A stretch of DNA of 64,000 nucleotides, taken from contig OX597814.1 in NCBI GenBank assembly GCA_951406725.2, positions 16,182,001 to 16,246,000 on the forward strand. The letters are read 5' to 3'. This document shows positions 14,787-25,356 of the stretch, one piece after another. Each line of letters begins with the position of its first letter. Positions within the stretch are counted from its first letter, which is position 1. The position numbers were made by a program, and so were the translations under genes. The DNA is from Octopus vulgaris. Its lineage: Eukaryota. The notes below the pieces were generated by a model. It was not told the origin of the DNA, did no database searches, and saw only the letters and a program-made list of their open reading frames with translations.

Positions 14787-15830
14787 TTGATGGCAGTGGT
14801 GGTGTGTTGGTGGTAGAGGCGGTGGTGCGGGCGCCGATGATAATGATGTCGATGATGAAGATGATGATGATGATGATAGTGGTCGTGGTGTTAGTGGTCG
14901 TCGTCGTCGTCGTGATTATGATAATGATGATTATGATGATTATGACGATGATGATGATGAGGAGGAGGAGGGCAGTGGTGGTATGTTGGTGGTAGAGGCG
15001 GTGGTGTTGGAGCCAATGGTAATGATGATGATGTTGATGATGAGGATGATGATGATGATGGTGATGGTGGTGGTCGTGGTGTTAGTGGTCGTCGTCGTCG
15101 TCGTGATTATGATAATGATGATGATGATTATGACGATGATGATGAGGAGGAGGAGGGCAGTGGTGGTATGTTGGTGGTAGAGGCGGTGGTGTTGGAGCCA
15201 ATGGTAATGATGATGATGTTGATGATGAGGATGATGATGATGATGGTGATGGTGGTGGTGGTGGTGTTGGTCGTGAATATGATAATGATGATGAGGAGGG
15301 GAGGATGGCAGTGGTGGTGTGTTGGTGGTAGAGGCGGTGGTGTTGGCGTCGATGGAAATGATGATGATGTTGTTGATGGGGATGATGATGATTGTAGTGA
15401 TGGTGGTCGTCGTCGTGATTATGATAATTATGATGATGATGATGATGATGGTGGTCGTAGTGTTGTTGCTTTTGGCGAAGGTGTGATTGATGGTGGTGAT
15501 GACGTTGATGCTGGTGTCCAGGAGAGAGAGGGAGAGAGAGAGAGAGAGAGATGGCATGTGAAGGTTGACATTGATGGTAATGATGAAGATAATGATAATC
15601 ATGAAGATGATGATAGTGGTGATGTTAGCGTTGGTACTGTTGTTAATGTGAGAAATGCTGCTGTAGCTGCCGCGACTGCTACTGCTACTAATGACGATGA
15701 TGATGATCATGATCATGATCATGATGATGATGATGATATGTCGATGATGGTGGTGGTGGTGGTGGTGGTGGTGGTGGTGGTGAGGATAATGATGATGAGG
15801 AGGAAGCGGTGGAGAAGGAGATGAGGACGG
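14740..15830. repeat. Compound (GAT/GGT/GTC)n tract with a higher-order unit of about 150-185 bp
   Basis: GGCAGTGGTGGT(A/G)TGTTGGTGGTAGAGGCGGTGGTG recurs at 14792, 14971, 15156 and 15307. Confidence 0.9.
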
Positions 15831-16250
15831 TATTATTGTTGGTGGAAACACTGATAATGCTAAACTATTTCCAACCACGAAGGCGACAACAAACTGGTGA
15901 CGGTAGTATTAAGGTATTCATGGTGAATAGCCATTTCTGAAATGATTACAAGCCTAGGTGAAATGATTTTGTCCTTCGTTGTGTGAGAATAATACCTCAG
16001 AGTAGAATTATACAGCACACATAAGAAAATCTAAAACATAATTCGGCCTCGGATTAAGGAGTGAAGACAGAAATATATCAATACTATTCGATGTCTTTGG
16101 TGATAGCCCTCAATAATCTGAATATAAGGAAATCTTCATTTTTTTCTTCTAATATTTTTACATATATACGATATAAAAGGACGAAGATATAATTTGTCAC
16201 TCCATTTGCTAGAATCCATTGCTGTTTTATTTAGAAATATATGTAAACAT

Positions 16251-16637
16251 GGAAGCACTCCGTCGGTTCCGACGACGAGGGTTCCGGTTGATCCGATCAA
16301 CGGAACAGCCTGCTCATGAAATTAACGTGTAAGTGGCTGAGCACTCCACAGACACGTGTACCCTTAACGTAGTTCTCGGGGATATTCAGCGTGACACAGA
16401 GAGTGACAAGGCAGGCCCTTTGAAATACAGGTACAACAGAAACAGGATGTAAGAGTGAGAGAAAGTTGTGGTGAAAGAGTACAGCAGGGATCACCACCAC
16501 CCCCTGCCGGAACCTCGTGGAGCTTTTTTAGGTGTTTTTCTCTCAATAAACATTCACAACGCCCGATCTGGGAATCGAAACCGCGATCCTACGACCGCGA
16601 GTCCGCTGCCCTAACCACTGGGCCATTGCGCCTCCAC
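16251..16637 (-). mobile_element. SINE family C (tRNA-derived), full length, 10-bp TSD
   Basis: Head GTGGAGGCGCAATGGCCCAGTGGTTAGGGCAGCGGACTCGCGGTCGTAGGATCGCGGTTTCGATTCCC with A and B boxes; TSD ATGTAAACAT at 16241-16250 and 16638-16647. Confidence 0.92.
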
Positions 16638-16856
16638 ATGTAAACATACACATTATGTAACACATATATGGTAGAAGATAATGTTAAACGTTACAGCAAC
16701 ATCGGCGCAAATGGCGCTGAGGCAGTGTATAATTCTGAATGTGGAAAAAAATCTTTGAAGCAACATATATGTTATTATTTCAACAGGCAATAATTGAAAA
16801 TCACACCAAACTGGTACCCTAAAAGCTCACACCAAAGTTTCAAGCACTTTGAATAT

Positions 16857-17474
16857 TCAGTTCTATATTTAAGAAATGAGGAATTATGTACATTATTTAC
16901 ATTATTTACAATCGACGGATATTTGTCCTTATCTTGTTCGTTGTTTAACACAACGTTCTCGTACCTTAGGAATGAGAGCCCAGGTTCGAAACAAGGCTGG
17001 AGGGTATATCAGCCGAAATGTTGTGTTAACAATAAACAAGATGAGGACAAGTATCCGTCGAATGTAAATAACGTGAATAATGTACGTAATGTACATAATT
17101 CCCTATCTCTTAAATACAGAACTATATTAGCTAATCGGTACGGAGCCGACAGTAGACTTCAATAGAGACGTATAGAGAAATTAGCCCGTCTTTCAAACAA
17201 TCTAACTTTCTTATGTAGATATAGAGACTCAAAGCTAATACCACTTGGCTTGAATATAACGACACCATTCGATTCACATAAAGCTAAAAGAATAGCGGAA
17301 AAGGCAGGACATGCCCTCGTCTGTGAGAACTAATACCTTAAGAATTAGAACCCAGGTTCAAAATTTCCTCGAGACACCTGAAGAAGGCTGGAGGTTATAT
17401 CAGCCAAAACGTTGTGTTAACAACAAACAAGATGAGGACAAATATCCGTCGAATGTAATTAATATCAATAATGT
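16857..17474 (+). mobile_element. Non-autonomous Penelope-like element: inverted pLTR, pLTR, ORF N-terminal remnant, pLTR
   Basis: TSD ACTTTGAATAT at 16846-16856 and 17475-17485. 16857-16958 is the inverse of 17017-17124; 16962-17095 is repeated directly at 17334-17474. The middle translates as RRIEKLARLSNNLTFLCRYRDSKLIPLGLNITTPFDSHKAKRIAEKAGHALV, resembling the N-terminus of Penelope/Poseidon ORFs. Confidence 0.8.
17373..17418 (+). ncRNA. Minimal type I hammerhead ribozyme motif, one core mismatch
   Basis: GACAC-CTGAAGA-A-GGCTG(loop)CAGCC-AAAA-C-GTT-GTGTT: stem I GACAC/GTGTT, CUGANGA, stem II, GAAA box (AAAA here, GAAA in the upstream pLTR). Confidence 0.65.
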
Positions 17475-19223
17475 ACTTTGAATATGACTGCAAGTAGCTG
17501 TCCATATAATTGAGAAAAATGTATGCTGGGAATGTGTCACTGAACTTCACGGTTAACGTCTTAGAAATAGATTCCGCTGCTTGATTTTATATCGTTGCTG
17601 GATGAGTTTTATTTGTTGCACAAATATCAAAGGGAAAGGACACAGCACCTAAGATAGAACATTATAAAAATGTAATTTATGGTTAAAATATTTGTTATAA
17701 CGTTATCAGGTATATATTTGTCAGGGAGATAACATCGGGTAGATAATTATCATCAAAAATCAAAGGATATCAATTACAACACAGGGGATTTCATTGGTTT
17801 AATATTTTCGTATATAAACGTCGGTATTTGCTAAGGGAATTCCTCATTATTTAGATTACTCTTTATTTCATCTCGATCATTTTGATTCTCAGCAAAATTT
17901 CAGAGAAATAAGTGTTCAATGGTACAAGTGTTTAAATTGCTTATAATAAAATGTAATGTATACATTGGTATTGTAAAGATTAGAAATATTTCATTTGTGA
18001 ATGCACTGACAACATTTCAACTCGTATTCAAGCAAACTTCAAAAAGAGAGACGACGCAGCTGTTATGGGGGTTACAATAAAAATTTGTATTGTAAATCGA
18101 CAGTTGTATATAGCAATATTTAGGATGAGAATTATATGATTTTCATAGGTTTCGTATCTGATAAATATTATTTGTCATGCAGAACACTATTTTCTTACGG
18201 TCCTCAATGTAGTTTTCTCTCCTTCATATTCCATAATCCACTTCGTTTCAGAGATGTTATATGCCAAATAGTAAACGCTCGATCTATGTTTTACTTCCTT
18301 GTTTCTTCATGTATTTAGTCATTCTGTTTCTATTTACAAATAAAAAAATAATATGCTTGAGATTTAAAAAAAATAAAACATAGCAAATGCTTCCTTAAAA
18401 ACAATTAAAAGTGAGATATTTCCTATCTCGGTTGCATGAGGATTTACACTCGTTGACCTGAACGAAAGAACTTTGTAAACATCCGCAAGTTCAAATTTCA
18501 AACTACCGGTGCAGTCTTATCCATTTAATTTCAAGATAGATAAGTATCTATTTTAGATTTTAAAACACGTCTCATATTAATAGTCCTTATGGCTTTATAC
18601 TACAAGGAACATCAAATAAAGAAAATCAGAAATCAATTAAAAAGTATGATCAATAGCCAGAAATGAAACAAAGCCTTGAGAAAGTAGTTCTGTCAACACG
18701 TTTAGATGAAATCTGCAGAGAGTGGGATGTTTATTTGTATGATATAAGTAAGGACACTATCAATGATATTATTTCCGGCGCCATTCTACTGACACTGACG
18801 AGCTAAGCGACGGCGGGGGTGGGAGGGTTAAGATAGAGATACATGATTTCATGTCACGAATGCTTCAAACACTAGAGCACGAGTTTGTATTCCATCATGA
18901 GTTTGTTTTCTGTCATGTTCTTGTAATTTGTCATTAATTAATTAACGGTATTTAACTATGAATATAGAAATAGAAATGGTAACATGCAGCAACTTAACAT
19001 AGTGAACAGTTAAGATTAACGTCTTATTAATCCTATAAAAATGTAGAAAGAAAGCCAAAATATTTCAATGTAGTTTTCATGTAAATAAGATTGAAATCAT
19101 ATAGAGATAGTGATAAAATATGTAGGCATAAAAAATATTGTTCACGCGAACACGCATACAAAACATTAATACATATATTCATGAATACATATATAAGATA
19201 TATGTGTGCGTGTGTGCGTGTAA

Positions 19224-19287
<64 letters not shown>

Positions 19288-19388
19288 AAAATTATTAAAT
19301 AATTACCAGTGGCTAGCATGCGTAATAAATTTCAGAAGACAAAAATTATTTTTAAATATAATACTATATATATATATGTTTATATATA

Positions 19389-19459
<71 letters not shown>

Positions 19460-19464
19460 ATATG

Positions 19465-19535
<71 letters not shown>

Positions 19536-19796
19536 ATATATACATATGCATGTATACATACATATACTTATAGGCATATAAACATGTATAAACATACATA
19601 AATACATACATACGTACAAGTATATATATATATATTAAATTAGAGATAAAACGACTATTAGGCAAATCAAACAGTGAAAAACAGAAACCAAAACGTAAAA
19701 ATAAAAATAATTAATATAATATACAAAATATATAAAATATAAAATTTAAAAATTTAAATTATTTATATTTAAAATTTAAATTATTAATTTATACTT

Positions 19797-20833
19797 TTTG
19801 TTTCTAGTTTCAGCTCAGAGCTGCGGCCATGCTGATGCACTGCCGTTTTGTGCTACACTGTTATTACGACGAACCTCGTCTAATATGTGGTACTTGGTGA
19901 AGAATGGAGTTTGATAAAGCTACTCTCATTTGCACCTCTTGCCGTGAGGTAGGTTCATCTGGGACCCTTGACAGGAAGATGTCCAGCTTTGATTTAAAAA
20001 ACCGCTACATCTACTTTGTGCAAGTTCCTCAGACTCTTTGGGAGAATATTAAAAAGATGTGGGCCCTTGAAACCCAGGCTGTTGCAGAAGCTGGTCCTGA
20101 AGCGTGATGGCATGGGTTGGGATCTTTGGCACTATGCAGTGTCGTCCCGTTCTAGCATTGGTGTTGCTTACAATGCCAAAATTTGGCACAATTCCTTCCA
20201 GGATCTTCCAGACATATATTACTACATACCTCTACCGTCTTCTCTCCAGAGAGTAGAGTCTTAGCTGTTTCAACCTTTCCCAGGAGCTGAGCTGTTGCAA
20301 AGAGACGATCTTCTATGTGAATCTTCTCTGGATTGCTTCAAGGTCTGCTGTTAATTTTACACTGGTAGGTGACCATAGCTGTGAGCAGTAATCCAGGCGG
20401 CTGAAGATGAATGTCCGCCAGAGGACCATCATTGTTTCCTTATCTCTGGTTCTGAATGTTCTTAGGATCCACCCAGCCAGTCATCTGCACTTTGTTTCCA
20501 TCATGGTAATGTGCACTTGGAAAGAGGTATCATCACTCATGTCGATACCCAGATCCCTCACAGACTTAGGCTCTGGGATCGAAATTCCCTGTGGACCGGT
20601 GTATCCTGTAAGTTTAATATTCAGTTTTGGATGCTGGTAGTGCATGGCCTGGAATTTGTCAGCATTAAACTGCATATTATTATCCTCAGCCCATCTGTAG
20701 ATTGAGTCCAACTCCTGCTGCAGGTGTGCAACATCGCTGGGGTTCTGTAATTTCTGCGAGACTTTCGTATCGTCTGCATAGCTTGCCAGAGTGGCTATCC
20801 GAGCACTTGAGGGCATATCTGAGAGGGCCACTA
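19797..20833 (-). mobile_element. 5'-truncated CR1/Jockey-like LINE: RT C-terminal half and 3' UTR
   Basis: ORF 20481-20831 has YADDTK..LQQELDSIYRWAEDNNMQFNADK..VRDLGI. It continues past stops as GWILRTF..RLDYCSQLWSP..LYSLERRR..KLDIFLSRVPDEPT to a stop near 19864, followed by a stem-loop tail. Confidence 0.92.
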
Positions 20834-20939
20834 TAAAAATTATTTGTATTTATATATATATAAATAATAGTGTGAGGGTAGCAAACATAAAAAAATTACA
20901 TCTTACCTCTAGGAAGAACATTATAACCCAGAATCGGAT

Positions 20940-21014
20940 AATCCAGTACCTAGGTTTCGGGCTCTTCAAATACGTTTCTCATTGTAAATTTGTTTAGTCT
21001 CCATCAGCTGGATT
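20940..21014 (-). ncRNA. Type I hammerhead motif, left arm
   Basis: Minus strand AATCCAG-CTGATGG-AGACT(long loop)AGCCC-GAAA-CCTAGG-TA-CTGGATT: 7-bp stem I, palindromic stem III, one core mismatch. Confidence 0.6.
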
Positions 21015-21156
21015 TACCTGGATGTTGCTTCATCAATGTTAGTATACTCGCCTTTTTCATTGAAATTTTTGTCACTGTTCTCGGTCTGTTAACGGCTAAG
21101 CGTCCAGGCGAGTGTACTAACATTGATGTAGCAACATTTGAAATATTGTCCAGGTA

Positions 21157-21231
21157 AATCCAACTGATAACGACTAATAAAATTTACGATGACAAACGTA
21201 TTTGACGAGTCCGAAAACTAGTTACTGGATT
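21157..21231 (+). ncRNA. Type I hammerhead motif, right arm
   Basis: AATCCAA-CTGATAA-CGACT(long loop)AGTCC-GAAA-ACTAGT-TA-CTGGATT; one core mismatch. Confidence 0.6.
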
Positions 21232-21501
21232 ATCCGATTCTGGGTTATCCATTTATATAATGTTCTTCCTGGAGGTAAGACATAATTTTTTTTATGTTTG
21301 CTGCCCTCACACATCTTTGCCAGTATTTACACATTCAAGCTTTACTATAGCGTTGAAAATGTATCGACTGCTATTTCCAGTAAACACTGGTGTTTTGTCG
21401 TACCACTACTCTATATTTATATTTCTACATTTACGATGCTTTATTTTACTGGAAAGTAATACATTTGTATTGCAATATTTTATATTTCATTGAATATATA
21501 T

Positions 21502-21886
21502 GGTGGAAGAACTCCGTCGGTTACGACGACGAGGGTTCCAGTTGATCCGATCAACGGAACAGCCTGCTCGTGAAATTAACGTGTAAGTGGATGAGCACTC
21601 CACAGACACGTGTACCCTTAACGTAGTTCTCAGGGATATTCAGCGTGACACAGAGAGTGACAAGGCCGGCCCTTTGAAATACAGGTACAACAGAAACAGG
21701 AAGTAAGAGTGAGAGAAAGTTGTGGTGAAAGAGTACAGCAGGGATCACCACCATCCCTGCCGGAGCCTCGTGGAGCTTTAGGTGTTTTCGCTCAATAAAC
21801 ACTCACAACGCCCGGTCTGGGAATCGAAACCGCGATCCTACGATCGCGACTCCGCTGCCCTAACCACTGGACCATTGCGCCTCCAC
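21502..21886 (-). mobile_element. SINE family C, full length, 11-bp TSD
   Basis: Near-identical to 16251-16637; TSD TGAATATATAT at 21491-21501 and 21887-21897. Confidence 0.92.
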
Positions 21887-21906
21887 TGAATATATATATA
21901 TTCATA

Positions 21907-23173
21907 GAGGGGTTGGACAAAATAATGGAAACATCTTAAAATTTTTTTTTAAATGTATTTTAATATGGGGTAGGACCGCCTTTGGCTGTAGTTACAACTT
22001 GAATTCTACTACTTATGGGCTCGTACAAAGTTTGAATTGTTTCCAAATATATTTTTGTCCATTGTTCAGCTGAAACAGTCTCCAGCTCCTGAACTGGTGA
22101 TGGAGGATATCGACTCCTTACGTGTTTTTCTAAAATGCACCATAAAGGTTCAATAATATTGAGATCTGAGGACTGTGGTGGTCAGATAAGATGTTCAACT
22201 TCACTAGAATATTCCTCATGCCATTCAGTAACAAATTTGGCAGTGTGAATTGGTGCATTATCATGCTGAAATATTGCGTTTACTTCCGGAAACAGTTCCG
22301 TAAACATAGGATGTATTTGTTAGGATAAAATTCTTAAATTGTCCTTATTATTAATTCTGCCATGAAGGGAAACCACTTGGCCGGTGGATTTCCAAGATAT
22401 ACCCCACCCCCATCACCAAGTTTTCACAGATCCTCCTCCATGTTTAACAGTTGAAGGAAAGCAGTCTGGGTCAAATGTTTCTTTTAGCTGTCTCCACACA
22501 TATACACGGCCGGTAGTCGGAGATAAAGTAATGGATGACTTTCCGAGAAAATAAGATTTTTTCCACTGTTCTAGGGACCAATTCTGTTGGATTTTACTCC
22601 TCCCTAAACGCTTTGCAACGTTTGTTTTTGAAATTAGTTGTTTTCTAATTGCAGCTCTCCCGTGAAATCTGGTTTTGTGCAGCTCCCGGCGAACAGTTTT
22701 TGTGTAAATAGGTTTCTCCAGGTGTTCATTAAGCTCTGCAGTAATTTTGGGAACTGTACTTTTGTGATCTTTTTTAACAATTCGTGTAAGAGACCGACGG
22801 TCTCTATCTGAATGTCTTGGTTTTCTTCCGGAGTTTTGTTTCGACATGGAGGCTTTTCCATCTTTCTCAAATGGTGTCATTACATTCGAAACAATACTTC
22901 TTGATACACCAAACATTTCGGCTACTTTTGTTACGCTAGCGCCTGCCATACAACTACCAGGAATTTGACCGCTTTGAAAGCCCGATATAACTGTCATTTC
23001 AATGAATTTTAATTACCTTTTACCGAAACAGCAATTTTAGGAAAACATAATAAGCAACACTAGTAATAAATAAATAAAAACATAAAAGTAAATAAGCTTT
23101 TGACGGTTTTCTTGATATTTCAAAATTATTATGGTATGATGCTAGGTGCTTCCATTATTTTGTCCAACCCCTT
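21907..23173 (-). mobile_element. Tc1/mariner DNA transposon, full length (1267 bp), DD36E type
   Basis: TIRs GAGGGGTTGGACAAAATAATGGAAACA and TGCTTCCATTATTTTGTCCAACCCCTT; TA TSD at 21905-21906 and 23174-23175; transposase inside. Confidence 0.95.
21960..22997 (-). pseudogene. Tc1-family transposase pseudogene
   Basis: HTH region, GRKP, TVKHGGGSV, then FQHDNAPIH...I*PPQSSDLNIIEPLW...AKGGPTPY*. In-frame stops (22413 and about 22183), a frameshift, and a degenerate first-D motif. Confidence 0.93.
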
Positions 23174-23183
23174 TATATATATT

Positions 23184-23254
<71 letters not shown>

Positions 23255-23385
23255 ATGCGCATGTGTGTGTATGTATATTATATATATATATATATATATA
23301 TGTAATATTAGGTAGTATAACTCCAAACTTACAGGGAAAATTCAATTTAGTATTAAATCAAATTTCACAATATAAATATATAATA

Positions 23386-24567
23386 CTAGCATTATGACCC
23401 GTCATTGCCGGGTCATAGTGCTAGTGCATGTATATATGTGTATATATATGTGTACATATTACATGTACATCTATATATATACATCTACACATAAAATACA
23501 AAATAAAAAGTTATATCTTGATATCGCTAGTGATAACGATACTCAAAATATATAACAGACTGGAATTGTAGGCCCGTCTCTTGCAATTTCGATCAATTGT
23601 ATCTTGTCATCCCTCTTGTTTAGAAGTGTGGCTACAATCCAGCCTACCTCTACTGCTGGGGGGGGGGTATTTTTAATTTTTATCCGGGACGTCCTACGTC
23701 CCAGATATAAAGGTAAAGATAAAATATCTTCACCTTGCAAGTTCGAGTCGAGTACTCCCTTGCATGCTCCGTTGACTCGAACCTTGCTTCTATTGTGGCG
23801 AATTTACCGCCTCTGGTTAGATATCTTTCATAGTCGCAACAAGACACTTTTCGATGGTTCTTTCCTCCAGGTGTTCAAATCTTTTTTCTCTACATTGTAT
23901 ACTTTATAGACAATAGTATTTTCTTTAATTTAATTTTTTATTATCCATCTGGACGATTCCATTTCTGCACGCTAATTTTATTTTTAATTTATTCCCATTC
24001 ATGTGAAACCACTTATTCAAGTTCAAGTCATTGATGCAATTTTATACCAATTGCTATTTTTACTTTTGTTATGTTACGATTATATTATGCTTTAGTTTGA
24101 TTTTAATTATTACTTACTACATATAATTCAATTGTTATTATTATTTTTATTGTTAAAGTGAAAGTATCTGACATAAAATAGTAAATGTTTTTGTTTCACT
24201 TTTAACACGTAATACTGGAATAGTGGAGAAGATATGATATTGCTATGGGCTCGCTCTAGGCAAGACGTTGAACATTTTTTTTGCCCATGTAACTACATGG
24301 ACCCTAAGTAAGGCACGTGTAAAATTTTAATGAAATTGGTTATGTAGTTCTCAAGTTTTAGGGAATCGTAGTGGAGAAGATATAATATTGCTGTGGGCTC
24401 GCCCTAGGCAAAAAGCTAAAAACGTTTTTGCTGGTGCCACACACCGGACCCTAAGTAAGGCATGTGTAAAATTTGAATGAAATTGGTTGTGTAGTTCTCA
24501 AGTTTTAGGGAAACACACAGACAGACAGACAGACAGACACGCATTCTCAGTTTCATATATAGAGAGA
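23386..24567 (-). mobile_element. Non-autonomous Helitron-type element
   Basis: The minus strand starts a|TCTCTCTATATATGAAACTG, has (CTGT)n, and ends with hairpin GACCCG-GCAATGA-CGGGTC then CTAG|t. AT target, no TSD. Internal direct duplication of about 148 bp (24221-24364 / 24369-24511). Confidence 0.8.
23560..23930 (-). pseudogene. Degraded coding fragment inside the Helitron, resembling a non-LTR ORF1
   Basis: Frame-joined translation KENTIVYKVYNVEKK/FEHLEERTIEKCL/RGGKFATIEARFE/GEDILSLPLYLGRRTSRIKIKNTPPPAVEVGWIVATLL; GC content is higher than the flanks. Family identity is from recall only. Confidence 0.5.
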
Positions 24568-24770
24568 TATAAGTTAGATAATTACTTATTATATAATTAT
24601 TATATATTGCTTATGCATTTTTGTACATTTGGTGATCTAGTTATATTTTAAAATATATATTATTTTTTTATTTATGATTTGGTTTATGTCTATCATTGTT
24701 TGAATTGCATAATAGTGGTTTTTCTCTAATTTATATACGGAATTTTAACTCAGTACATAGAGGGATACGT

Positions 24771-25195
24771 AATACCTATTTCTTAACTACCCACAAGGGG
24801 CTACACAGAGAAACAAAGGACAAACAAGGACAGACAAACGGATTAAGTCGATTATATCGACCCCAGTGCGTAACTGGTGCTTATTTAATCGATCCCGAAA
24901 GGATGAAAGGCAAAGGCGACCTCGGCGGAATTTGAACTCAGAACGTAGCGGCAGACGGAATACCTATTTCTTTACTACCTACAAGGGGCTAAACACAGAG
25001 ACGGTAGGCAAGGACAGACAAACGGATTAAGTCGATTATATCGACCCCAGTGCGTAACTGGTACTTAATTTATCGACCCCGAAAGGATGAAAGACAAAGT
25101 CGACCGCGGCGGAATTTGAACTCAGAACGTACCGGCAGACGAAATACCGCTAAGCATTTCGCCCGGCGTGCTAACAATTCTGCCAGCTCGCCGCC
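24771..25195 (-). mobile_element. SINE family B with a tandemly duplicated body (one head, two bodies)
   Basis: Head GGCGGCGAGCTGGCAGAA..GTTAGCACGCCGGGCGAAATGCTTAGC, then two units of about 185 bp joined at GGTATT (AATACC at 25143, 24959 and 24771). Confidence 0.9.
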
Positions 25196-25290
25196 TTAAT
25201 AAAAACAACACCAGCAGCAGCAGCAACAACAACAAGAGTCACAACAGCAACAATACAACAACAATAATAATGATAATAATGATAATAATG

Positions 25291-25356
<66 letters not shown>

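Larger units (their letters stand above)
20870..21312. mobile_element. Fold-back element with about 185-205-bp arms and a 52-bp spacer, probably PLE pLTR-derived
   Basis: 20870-21053 is the imperfect reverse complement of 21106-21312; each arm holds a hammerhead-like motif. Confidence 0.75.

Noticed and set aside
14940-15878. 312-aa His/Ile/Thr-rich and 218-aa Asp-rich ORFs
   Set aside because: Products of trinucleotide repeats with no domain signal.
16560-16637. tRNA gene calls for SINE heads (also 21810-21886 and 31535-31610)
   Set aside because: No complete cloverleaf; each continues into a shared SINE body with TSDs.
18806-18830. CTGACGAGCTAAGCGACG as a hammerhead
   Set aside because: GAAA box and stems I and III are missing.
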